A stretch of DNA of 64,000 nucleotides, taken from positions 119,474,001 to 119,538,000 of the forward strand of contig NC_042998.1 of the NCBI RefSeq assembly GCF_006345805.1, given 5' to 3'. The notes beneath the pieces are model-generated. The model was not told the DNA's origin. It did no database searches and worked only from the letters and a program-made list of their open reading frames with translations. The stretch comes from Octopus sinensis (lineage: Eukaryota). A program made the translations under genes and the position numbers. Positions 1 to 10,650 of the stretch are shown piece after piece. The stretch's first letter is position 1. Each line of letters opens with the position of its first letter.

Positions 1-1000
1 AGCATCTTCTTATTGTCGGTTTCGGTGTTGTTGGCGAGTGTACTTGGGCTTGTGTTAGAATGCTTTTCATTGGCTTGGGCTGTCTTTTGCTCTTTATGAT
101 GGTGTGTGTTTGGAGAATTTAATTCATTCTATGGTTCCTTTTTAGTAAAGGTATGTTCCGGAGGGTGGTGTCGAAGACCTCATTATTTAGTGGGTTGTTT
201 GTAGATATGTATGGTAGGGTTTTTAGTTGTAATTCATTCTTTCGTTTGGGATGTCTGAGTTCGTGGATGTTGAGCTGTAGTGCGCGTTGGAAACCTATAT
301 TAATTAGGGATGGTGGGTAATTCCTGCTGAGGAGTGTATCCTTTAGCTCGTGTAGTTGTGTGTCTCTTGTATCAGATATTATAGTGCAAAAATCCTTTTG
401 GCCAGATTGAAAGGGATATTCATTCTAGTGTGTCTGTGGTGGTATGAGTTGAGTGGTAGATATTGCTTGGACTCCGTGGGCTTATAGCATATGTCTGATT
501 TTGTTGATGGCTATATTCCATCGTAAAATGAATGTTTATGTCAAGCTCATTTAGAAGTGCTTGAAATTTTTAAAGTCTCTCTATACTTTCATGCCAAAGA
601 ATGAAGCAGTCATCTAGATATCTCTTCCAGTTATTTTCTATGTAAAGGGAGAGTAGGTTTCCGAGGTATCCCATGACAAGGTTAGCAAAGGAGGAGGTCA
701 TTCTCATACCCATCTCAGTCCCCGATTTCTTTCGATTGAAGTTGTTGTTGAATACGAAGAATTTATTCTCCAAGATGAATTTTAGCCCATCCATTACGAA
801 TTCCTTTTTAATGCGGTGTGGAAGTTCATTGGAGTAATTCTCTAGCCAGTATTGGATTGCCTCAATTTCTAGGTTGTGGGGGATATTAGAATAGAGGTTG
901 GGACGGTAGCTGTTATCTAGTTGTTCCCTGTTGTCGTGATTTATGGTGCGGGTTCTTGGATAGGGATTGAAAAGTGTGTCCCTATATTTCATGTTCGAAT
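1..1000 (-). mobile_element. Degenerate Penelope-like element (PLE): reverse transcriptase core plus thumb/linker, running off the window start
   Basis: ORF 570-992(-) has PLE RT motifs: LYSNIPH..IEAI, G.EMG...SSFANLVMGYL, WKRYLDDCF. Continuation to base 1, with stops and frameshifts, reads YKPTESKQYLPLNSYHHRHTRMNIPFNLAKRI ... LLSRNYPPSLI ... LPYISTNNP ... KSKRQPKPMKSILT, typical PLE thumb and linker. Confidence 0.85.
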
Positions 1001-1233
1001 GTGATGCTTCAGAAGGCCGCGTTGGTAATTATTTCGTGTTTGTCGTGCTTGGTTCTTAAGTGGATAAAAATTACATTGGTATCTTCTTATGGAGAGGAGG
1101 TTGAAATGTCAATCCTGTGGGTAGGGATTTCTTATTTCTTTGTTTATTGCTGGGATACCCCTGTTGTTGTTTCGTGGGTGGGGTATGAAGTTAGAGTTGG
1201 GTCATATATTTTTTTTAGTCATTTTGTTCAGTG

Positions 1234-1264
<31 letters not shown>

Positions 1265-1265
<1 letters not shown>

Positions 1266-1500
1266 CGAGAAAGAAGCAACAAGAATGGATTAGTTTTTAG
1301 TACAATTGTTTCATACAAAGACAGGCTTTATTAAAAGTTGCAAATATTTCTTTTCTTCTCCCCTTTTATCTGCTGCAATATTTGCAACTTTTAATAAAGC
1401 CTGTCTTACTGTATGCAATGTTTGCAACTTTTAATAAAGCCTGTCTTTGTATGAAACAATTGTACTAAAAACTAATCCATTCTTGTTGCTTCTTTCTCGT
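1265..1500. repeat. Fold-back with ~82-bp inverted arms next to (TA)n; PLE-terminus-like
   Basis: 1265-1348 (acgagaaagaagcaacaag...aaagttgcaaa) is the reverse complement of ~1421-1500. A partial extra arm copy lies at ~1380-1407. The arm contains GAAAC-AATT-GTA. Confidence 0.85.
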
Positions 1501-1809
1501 TTATAATCACCCCACATTACTGTATGGTTAACACCATATAGTTTTCTGGTGCATCTAAGTTAAGTACCGCATTCAAGTAAATTCATTAGAATTGACTTGA
1601 ATCTTAATTGCTTTTATATATATATATACACTGGAGGAGAGAGAGGGAGTAAAATCGGCTACAGGAAGTAAGTGGAAAATCATCCAACGTTTTGCATTAT
1701 AATCCATCTTCAGTGAAAAGTTGGCAGGAGAGAAATTTACAAAAGACTGCAGAATTCCACATCGAAGTAAAAAAGCATTTACATATACACACGCGCACGT
1801 GCGCTCAAG

Positions 1810-2202
<393 letters not shown>

Positions 2203-3049
2203 ATTAGCGATACCAAAAATTTCAAAATCTGTGTTCGGATATTCAGTAAAGCAAATGATCGAATCTGAGCCTTTGATTACCAGAGCTGCATCACAAACTA
2301 CTCTAAAAATTGAGACTTTTTAAGTAAATCGGAAATATTCACCACAGACTGACACAGAACTCCGGCAATTTTGATTTCCTATTCACTTGGTATATTCTGT
2401 TATGTTTACACTAATTTAATATTTTACGCTATGCAGAGATATGCCATTAAGTTTGACGGCCACTTCATATTTCGCAAGGCTTCATTCGACTCGAAACACT
2501 CAAAAACATCTCAAAACCGATAGCGTGCTAATGCAATTGTTACAACAATGTAAATATCGACAAAGTGATATTTGGTAATGAACAGCTGCAGAAAACTGGA
2601 AAGAAAATAGTAATTCTAAAGACTTACATTAATGCAAGAATACGTGTATTCTATATTCATAAAACAAATAACACAATTTGAATTATTGGTCATGCAACAA
2701 ATTAGGTATAATTTTCGTTGTGAAGTGACAACAGTCAAGAAATGAAACGTTGTTTCATTAAATATATATTCATTCTGTTAAACATTATACTGTCTACAAT
2801 GTTAACTGACAACCGGTTACTGGCTTATTAACGAGCAGTTACTGAGAAACTTCATTCCGATTACACAGACGTGAAATTATTCTGGCCCCTCCAGCAGTTG
2901 TGGAATATCGTAATTGGTTCAGCCTATACTACTGCAGTGTATGTACATCATCTAGTACTTTTTTAAAGCAAGATACCAGCTTAGTTCTTATCTATCATGA
3001 TAAATAGAATTGTTATTGTTTAAAAAGTATATGCTACAGTATTTAGAAG

Positions 3050-3790
3050 TTGAAATTCACAAGCAGAGACCGAGGCAAGATGTCTACCACCTTGAGTGCC
3101 GTCAGGTGCTCACAGTCCTCTGCCAGTTGGGCAATGAGGTCGGTGGAAGTTCACTTCTAAGGAGGTTTAGTGGCGGACAAGAGCGACGACGCTTTCGGGG
3201 AGACTCCGGGCATCGACAAGAATCAACTGGCTAGTCTGTTCCGGAAGCCTTTCGATCTGGGTCTCATGGAAAATTTCCAAAACTCCTTAGCCTGGCAATA
3301 CTACCGGAGTGGGGTGAGGTGGGGGGTCAATAGCCGGTTCGAGATAAACTCTAAAGGCATAGAAGTGTCGTCAATCGGGCCTGCCCCCAGATGCGCACAG
3401 AGCGACGAAACTGTTCTGCATGCAGTCGTCCAGTATCCGAGCATTGCTGACTTGTGGGTTTATGTTGAACATCTGCTGGCACGACCGAGTTCATTGTGAA
3501 GATCATTCTGTTGCCTTACTTCATTTGTCTGGTAGCTTTAGCGAAAGAAGTTATGAGGTGTACGAGATTGAATGGGCTGAAGACAAATACTTTCCTCCTT
3601 GGCCAAGCCCTCAACTTTTTCAGGTCTCATTTGAAAAAGAAAGTGAAGCTGCAGTGAGAAGTGCTACTTTCCAGTAATTTCGTTGAAAGGTAGGTGAATG
3701 AGGTAAGAATGGTCTAGGTTAACGGACATAATCTAGGCATACGCCTGTAGATTGAAAGAAGGTGAGAAGAGGGCACTTGCTCTAGTTGTC
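3050..3790 (+). mobile_element. 5'-truncated Tx1/L1-clade non-LTR retrotransposon, C-terminus of ORF2 (zinc-knuckle region), degenerate
   Basis: ORF 3170-3499 contains MENFQNSLAWQYYR ... PRCAQSDETVLHAVVQYPSIADLW, a decayed C-x2-C-x4-ET-x2-H-x4-C knuckle of the L1/Tx1 zf-RVT type. The region is GC-richer than its flanks and frameshifted. Confidence 0.6.
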
Positions 3791-3984
3791 AGGACGACCA
3801 TGGTTTCGTGAGGTTTCCACCGGCAACCCTAAGAAGTCTCATTCTTTGTAGGAATTATTGATCGTTGGAATTTATTTTACTGTTATTATTTCTTTAAAAA
3901 AACTTCATATAACTCTGCATTGTATTATCCTGAACTTTCTGCAATGTTATTGTGAACGCTTAGGGGTTTATAATGAAAACATTA

Positions 3985-4178
3985 TTATTTTGGTTTGGCT
4001 CAGGTTCGTATTATTCTTGATAGGATTTATGTGAGTAGCGGATTACAACCTGTAACCTTAGGTATCCACAAGTTTTCAGCTGTTTTTCAAGTGCTAAGAA
4101 CTCTCCAAATAATCCTTTCTGTCCCTAAGATACAAACTTCCTGTAGGATCTCTACCGAGCATTCTATTCCAACTACAA
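3985..4178 (-). mobile_element. 3'-terminal fragment of an R4/Dong-like non-LTR element
   Basis: Minus strand reads EILQEVCILGTERIIWRVLST*, matching the LQK.ALLGT..ILR.VL C-terminus of the other REL elements here. The 5' side abuts (ATC)n/(ATT)n. Confidence 0.6.
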
Positions 4179-4183
4179 CTACT

Positions 4184-4224
<41 letters not shown>

Positions 4225-4227
4225 TAT

Positions 4228-4276
<49 letters not shown>

Positions 4277-4277
<1 letters not shown>

Positions 4278-4800
4278 GAGTGAGAGAGCACTAACACTTC
4301 AGCGATATATACGAAGCTCAGTATACCCATCGTGACTACCCGTCTGATAAGGGTACACCAGGCACATCCATCACAATCATATGTGCGCGACATGGTGATC
4401 TCATATCAAGGTTAATAGCGCATGACCTTGCAGGTTCAGTTAGAATTTTCTTCAGGTTGAGTAGCCCATCCCACTTAAAAGGTCCTTGAATAAGGGTTGT
4501 TTAATGAAACACCCATGTTTCCAGAGGTGAATTATCCAAACCCCAAAGAATTCCTCTCCACACATGGCTATGATGTTCCCCCATTACTTCTGCTCGTGAT
4601 CGGAGATGCACATACCGTCATCCACTAAGGGACATGTTCAACTGGTTAAGCTCAAACAAATCACAAGTAAATCTGTGGTGTTGAGCAGAATATTTGCTGT
4701 AGCCATCTTTTATACCAAGACAAAACAATATACATTACAACACTTCTTATCAGTTAAGATGAGAAGTCATGAAAGCCACTGCCTGGTACTGCATCAGGGA
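4277..4800 (-). mobile_element. ~520-bp non-coding interspersed element between (TAA)n tracts, copy 1 (putative non-autonomous retroelement)
   Basis: Clearly homologous to 7009-7537 and to the reverse complement of 30834-31345. One end is constant (...tctctcactca followed by (ATA)n); the other end is variable. Strand is inferred from the constant (3') end. Confidence 0.8.
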
Positions 4801-4832
<32 letters not shown>

Positions 4833-4842
4833 GTTATAGTAT

Positions 4843-4913
<71 letters not shown>

Positions 4914-4979
4914 TAATTATTATTATTATTATTATCATTATTATCATTATAATTATTATTATTATTATTATTATTCAGT

Positions 4980-6345
4980 AGTTTTATTTTTATAGCGTGC
5001 TTTCACTTCACTACCGAGCACAGCTCTGTGTGCCTTGGGTATGTGCTGTGATTTGTTGTGATGCTCTGATGGTTATTGTATGGAAAGTGTTCTGCGTAGG
5101 ATGTGTGCAGTGCCTAGTAGTGCAATTTTCTGTATGTTATTTGTGTTTGTAAGTCCTGGTGTTTTTGTTATGTATTTGTCTGAATATTTTTTATCATGCC
5201 TAATGCACCTACTATGATAGGAATTGTTTCTGTTTTCAGATTCCACATTCTAGTTACCTCTATTTCCAGGTCTTTGTATTTGAGAGTTTCTCCATTTCTT
5301 TTAGAGACACGTTGTCATCAGCCGGTATTGATACATCAATTAGAAAGCATTTTTTTTCTTCATGATCTCTGAGAACTATATCTGGTCTGTTGGCCTTAAT
5401 TTCTCTATCTGTGTGTATCGGCATATCCCAGAGTATGGTTGCTTTCTCGTTTTCTGTGACCTTTTCTGGTGTGTGCCTATACTATCTTTTTTCTGTTGTT
5501 ATTCCATAATGTTGGCATAGCTTCCAATTGTAGGTTCCAAATCTGTCATGTCTGTGAATATATTCCTTCTTAGCCAAGACTGGGCAGCTAGAGATAATAT
5601 GATTTATTGTTTTTTGTCCATCTCCACATATTCTGCAGTTACTTTTAATATTTCTTTTCATTACTGTTTTTTTGGTAATTTCTGGTGGGGAGGCTTGGTC
5701 TTGTGCTGCAATTAAAAATCCCTCTGTTTCTGCTTTGAGTCCTGAGCTTCTCAACCATTGCTGGGATTTTTCTTTGTCTATTTCTTTTTGCGTTAGTTTA
5801 GTCCAGTATTTACCATGAAGGGGCTTTTCTTGCCATCGTTTTATCATGGTTCGTTGCTGTTCTATTTTTAGTTTGGATTTCATTTGTTTTATAGCTTTGG
5901 TTGTTTCTTCATCTTCTTCTTCTTCTTCTTCTTTTATGTTATTAGGTGGTATGATTTCTTGTTTGTATTTGTCAGCTTCCTTAAATACTGAGAACAGTTT
6001 TTTGTTTTGCTCGTGTTTTGTCGCTATCTGGATCAGTTTTCCTTCCTTCTGAAGTAGATATTTTTGCAGTCCTATGGTGGTTATTTTATAGTAGTTTTCC
6101 AGCTGTATGAGGCCTCTACCACCTTCTATACGTTGTATATATAGTCTTTCTATGTCAGATTTTGGGTGATGCATCCTAGATCCTGTCATTATTTTTCTTG
6201 TTTTCCTATTTATTTTGGCCAGCTCATTTCGTGTCCAGTTAAGGATATTGTAGCTGTAACTTATAACTGGGACAGCTAAAGTGTTGATACCTATTATCTT
6301 GTTTTTAGCATTGAGCTCTGTGTTTAGTATTGATCTAACTCGTCT
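4980..6345 (-). mobile_element. 5'-truncated R4/Dong-like non-LTR retrotransposon (RT C-terminus, CCHC zinc finger, restriction-like endonuclease)
   Basis: ORF 5482-6189: HPKSDIERLY...GGRGLIQLE, GLKAETEGFLIAAQDQA, CRICGD..KTINHIISSCPVLAKKEYIHRHD. Downstream frames give KANRPDIVLRDHEEK..FLIDVSIPADD and KYKDLEIEVTRMWNL (REL domain). The 3' end runs into (AAT)n. Confidence 0.92.
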
Positions 6346-6548
6346 ATTTATTGATCTAACTCGTCTATTTATTGATCTAACTCGTCTATTATTGATCTAA
6401 CTCGTCTATTTATTGATCTAACTCGTCTATTTATTGATCTAACTCGTCTATTATTGATCTAACTCGTCTATTATTGATCTAACTCGTCTATTATTGATCT
6501 AACTCGTCTATTTATTGATCTAACTCGTCTATTATTGATCTAACTCGT
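6328..6548. repeat. Minisatellite: 11 copies of a 20-21-bp unit (attgatctaactcgtctatt[t])
   Basis: Counted 11 gatctaactcg cores. The unit equals the 5'-truncation point of the adjacent R4-like element (encodes RRVRSI; compare RRVRLILNTELNAK at ~15750-15785). Confidence 0.95.
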
Positions 6549-6573
6549 ATTATCATTATTATTATTATTATTA

Positions 6574-6605
<32 letters not shown>

Positions 6606-6617
6606 TTATTATTATTA

Positions 6618-6675
<58 letters not shown>

Positions 6676-6677
6676 CA

Positions 6678-6747
<70 letters not shown>

Positions 6748-6958
6748 GGCGGCAAGCTGGCAGAATCGTTAGCACGCCGGGCGAAATGCTTAGCGGTTTT
6801 TCGTCTGCCTTTACGTTCTGAAGTCAAATTCCGCCGAGATCGACTTTGCTTTCATCCTCTCAGGGTCGATAAATCAAGTACTAGTTGCGTACTGATGTCG
6901 ATTTAACCGACTGGCCCCCTCCCACCAAATTTCAGGCTTTGTTCCTGTAGTAGAAAGG

Positions 6959-6960
<2 letters not shown>
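6748..6960 (+). mobile_element. tRNA-headed SINE, family A
   Basis: A-box-like tggcagaatcgttagc and B-box-like gaagtcaaattcc; homologous to 11930-12193, 31400-31600 and 39550-39774; ends in (TTG)n. Confidence 0.85.
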
Positions 6961-7008
<48 letters not shown>

Positions 7009-7009
<1 letters not shown>

Positions 7010-7537
7010 GAGTTATAGAGCAGTGCATGCCATCAAAGTGACACTGGGGTAAAATATATGAAGCCCAGTATACCCATCATGACTACCCATCTGATAAGGG
7101 TACACCAGGCACATGCATCACAACCATATGTGCGCGACATGGTGATCTTATATCAAGATAAGCAGCACATGACCTTGCAGGTGGGGCCCAGTTAGAATTT
7201 TCTTCTGTTCGAGTAACCCATCCCGCTCAAAAGGTCCCTGAATAAGGGTTGTTTAAGGATGTTGAACGAAACACCCATATTTCCAGAAGTGACTTATTCA
7301 AACTCCAAAGAATCCCTCTCAATACATGGCTATGATGCTCCCCCACTACTTCTGCTCGTGATCAGAGATGCACATATCGTCAGCCACTAAGGGACACGCT
7401 CAATTGGTTATGGTCAAACAACTGAGAAGCAAATCTGTGGTATTGAGCAGAATATTTGCTGTAGCCCATCTTTTATACCAAGACAAAACAATGTACATAA
7501 CAATCAGTTAAGATCAGAAGCCACGAGAGCCACTGCC
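7009..7537 (-). mobile_element. ~520-bp (TAA)n/(CAA)n-associated element, copy 2
   Basis: Homologous to 4277-4800; flanked by (TTG)n and (TTA)n/(TTG)n. Confidence 0.8.
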
Positions 7538-7889
7538 TTATTATTATTATTGTTGTTGTTGTTGTTGTTGTGTTGTTGTTGTTGTTAGAACAGTAGATTA
7601 GTAGAAAACTAGATTCCAGTATTCTACTTTTGAACGAATAATGAATATTTGAGTAGCTATTGACATGATTGGCAATCTTTATGCTGCAATCACTGACTTC
7701 GATATTAAGAGAATGACTACCAGAAAATTGTTGTTATTCTACGATGATTTTTTTATTAGGTGAAAAAGAACAGTAATGAGCTTTTCTGTTTTTAAGTCGC
7801 AATGGGTAACTTTGATGAGGCTGAATCAGTAGATCTAGTATATTTATTGATTCTTATTGAACAAAATAACGAAGTAAAGAACACAAGCA

Positions 7890-8230
7890 TAGGATTTCAC
7901 TGAGATGATGGACTGAAGCGGTACACACGTGAAACTGACAAGATATGAAAAGCATTAGAAAGAAACCTAATCTACACATTGCTGTTAGCACCAACTTCAA
8001 AATAGTCAATTATCTAGACGTTACCATGAATTTCAATACAAGTAGTTACTATACCTTCCACAAACCTAATGAAGAAATTACTAATTTAAAGCACGATAAA
8101 CAACATTTGATCATCAAAGAAATCCCTAATAACATAAGAAGGCACATTTATACTCAATCCTCAGATAAAACTATCTTTAATAGAGCCGCACAGTGTTATA
8201 ATATTGCGATGGCAAGATCTAACGTTGAAG
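7890..8230 (+). mobile_element. Penelope-like RT fragment (motif C to thumb), second PLE lineage
   Basis: GFH*DDGL (decayed YRDDGL), then NLHIAVSTNFKIVNYLDVTMNF...YYTFHKPN...IIKEIPNNI...SSDKTIFNRAAQCYNIAM in ORF 7945-8334. Confidence 0.75.
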
Positions 8231-8680
8231 AAACATCACCTACACACAACGCATCTTCACTAGATCTAGGAGATGTTGACATCGGAAAATTTTATTGTTT
8301 AATCCGCTATGAATGTATCAATCAAAGCAGCTAGGTGGTTGTTTAATCGATAATTACTGGTCATTAATATATTCAACAGACACTATAGTATTTATTGAAT
8401 ATTGATAGAATTTATATTAACATTCTAAAATATAAATATAAAAAGCATGGATGTTTAGTACCCATACTTCCCGTTTGTTATTTACGCATATGCGTGTGTG
8501 AATGCATGTACGTGTGTGTGTGTGTGAAAGAGAGAGATAAGGAGAGAGAGGGCGAGAGAGAGACGTGCATATGTGTGCATATATACATATATATATATAT
8601 TATATATATATTGGTAAAAACGGTAAGATAACAAAAGAAAGAAAGAGACCTCAATATTATGTAAATAGAGGAAATTTATC

Positions 8681-8830
8681 TATAAAATAATATGTTACAA
8701 TTATTCAATAGTCAAGATAAAACTCTGAGTTTCAGATAACCGAAGAGATGGTGTTGTGGATTTTCACCTCGGCATCCGAAACTCAGAGTTTTATCTTGAC
8801 TATTCAATAATTGTAACATATTATTTTATA
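8681..8830. repeat. Fold-back with ~55-bp arms between (TA)n tracts, spanning a hammerhead-like motif
   Basis: 8681-8736 is the reverse complement of 8775-8830 with about 2 mismatches. Confidence 0.9.
8735..8795 (+). ncRNA. Type I hammerhead ribozyme-like motif with CCGAAGA core
   Basis: Stem I gataa(8735-39)/ttatc(8791-95); core ccgaaga(8740-46); stem II gatg...catc; GAAAC(8778-82); palindromic stem III ac-tcaga-gt; triplet GUU(8788-90). Confidence 0.6.
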
Positions 8831-8849
8831 TATATATATATATATATAT

Positions 8850-9030
8850 ATTCTTTTATTCCTTTATTTATTTCTGCCATTTGACATGCTGGAGCACCGC
8901 TTTTAGTCGAAAAAATCGATCCCAGGACTTATTCTTCGTAAGTCTAGTACTTATTCTATCAGTAGCTTTTGCCGAACCGTTAAGTTACGGGGACGTAAAC
9001 ACACCAGCATCGGTTGTCAAGCGATGGTGT
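8850..9030 (-). mobile_element. SINE-like repeat sharing a central ataagtac...ctggggtcgat...cgact block with family A, with an RTE-like 3' tail (possibly Ceph-SINE related)
   Basis: Homologous to 25055-25245(+) and the tail fragment 24845-24897(+). Confidence 0.7.
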
Positions 9031-9157
9031 GGGGGACAAACACAGGCACACAAACATGCACACACAGACACACAAACACACACGCACACACACACTCACT
9101 CAGACACACGCGCGCGCACGCACACACACACAGATATATATATATATATATAATATA

Positions 9158-9200
<43 letters not shown>

Positions 9201-9334
9201 AACATAGTAAAGTGTGAAAAAACGACAGAAGGCTTAAATGTTAAAAAATATATATATTTGTGTCAAAATGTCTGGAGAATATTGGAAAAATTTTTTTCCC
9301 TTTCCTTAAAATGACATAATTTAAAAATTTTTAA

Positions 9335-9372
9335 AGAAATTACCGGTTTCGCGTGTAGCTTTTCAAATTTCT
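9335..9372 (-). ncRNA. Mirror-image copy of the same minimal hammerhead motif on the minus strand
   Basis: Reverse complement reads agaaat-ttgaaaa-gc-tacac-gc-gaaac-cg-gta-atttct. Confidence 0.72.
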
Positions 9373-9412
9373 GTGACGTTATGTTTATATTGCAATATAA
9401 ACATAACGTCAC

Positions 9413-9452
9413 AAGAAATTTGAAAAGCTACACGCGAAACCGGTAATTTCTT
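9413..9452 (+). ncRNA. Minimal type I hammerhead ribozyme motif with UUGAAAA core (U3:A8 instead of C3:G8)
   Basis: Stem I aagaaat(9413-19)/atttctt(9446-52); core ttgaaaa(9420-26); stem II gc-tacac-gc; GAAAC(9436-40); palindromic ACCGGU stem III; triplet GUA(9443-45). Confidence 0.75.
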
Positions 9453-9629
9453 TAAATATTTTTAAATTATGTCATTTTAAGGAAAGGAAAAAAAATTTTT
9501 CCAATATTCTCCAGACATTTTGACACAAATATATATATTTTTTAACATTTAAGCCTTCTGTCGTTTTTTCACACTTTACTATTTTCTTATATATTCACCC
9601 ACGTGCTTTACCAAACAAACTTTCTTATC

Positions 9630-9679
<50 letters not shown>

Positions 9680-9780
9680 ATATATATATATATATAATAT
9701 ATAATTATATATATATATATATAATATATATATTAATATATATATATAACATATATATATATATATATTATATATATATA

Positions 9781-9876
9781 CTACGACGGGCTATGGTCGG
9801 CCCGAGGCTATAGTAGAAGACACACTTGCCCGTGGTTGGCAAGCAAGCTGCTTACCACATAGCCATTCCTGCGCCT
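9781..9876 (-). mobile_element. Internally deleted tRNA-headed SINE with a CORE-like gggcaagt motif
   Basis: Minus strand aggcgcaggaatggctatgtggtaag (A-box-like), then gggcaagtgtgtcttctactatagcctcgggccgacc; ends at (TA)n. Confidence 0.6.
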
Positions 9877-9989
9877 AAAGGTTACATTTTTAAAGATATT
9901 CATCTAACTTTAAAGTAGAAAAATACATTCAACCTTCAAATGCTTTCAGTGCATTTTTGATTTTCAAACACTTTAGCTGTGCAACTAAA

Positions 9990-10106
9990 GGTAATTGTCC
10001 AATTATATATACATGTACACATATGTGTACATGTATATATGTGTGTGCATGTGTATATATGTATGTACAGATTGATAGATAAATGGATAGATAGATAGAT
10101 AGATAG

Positions 10107-10159
<53 letters not shown>

Positions 10160-10221
10160 GGCTAGATAGATAGACAGATAGATATACACACAAACACACA
10201 TGCGCACACACACATATATAT

Positions 10222-10288
<67 letters not shown>

Positions 10289-10382
10289 TACATACAGATA
10301 TGCACGCATACATGCGTCATACATACATACATACATACATGCGTCATACATACATACATACATACATAACAACATGCATACA

Positions 10383-10414
<32 letters not shown>

Positions 10415-10556
10415 CATACATACATTATATGAACTTATCCGGAAGCATTGTATCAATGAAATTTCAAAAGATTACAAAGCCAAAACAATACGTTACAACA
10501 AAATATAATTTTAAAATTGTTTCTTTCCTTTCTTTAGATAATCGACCTCAAAAGCT

Positions 10557-10601
<45 letters not shown>

Positions 10602-10607
10602 CCTCCT

Positions 10608-10650
<43 letters not shown>
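9990..10650. repeat. Compound microsatellite (GATA)/(CA)/(TA)/(CATA), plus (CT)n at ~10560-10650
   Basis: Directly visible. Confidence 0.95.

Larger units (their letters stand above)
9197..9600. repeat. Near-perfect spacerless palindrome (~195-bp arms, centre ttgcaa at ~9390-9395) between (TA)n tracts
   Basis: Arms match almost base for base (…gttatgtttatattg|caatataaacataac…). A single-arm relative lies at ~36095-36205. Confidence 0.95.

Noticed and set aside
3995-4060. LDRIYVS on the + strand resembling an L1 APE endonuclease motif
   Set aside because: No other APE motifs nearby, and the opposite strand is better explained as the 3' end of an R4-like element.
6328-6548. CRISPR-like array
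   Set aside because: Direct tandem units without unique spacers, eukaryotic context, no cas genes, and the unit derives from retroelement coding sequence.
6748-6835. tRNA genes at SINE heads (also 11930, 17735, 33050-33126, 39700-39774, 46672)
   Set aside because: A/B-box-like motifs continue into shared SINE bodies and tails; no complete cloverleaf is evident.
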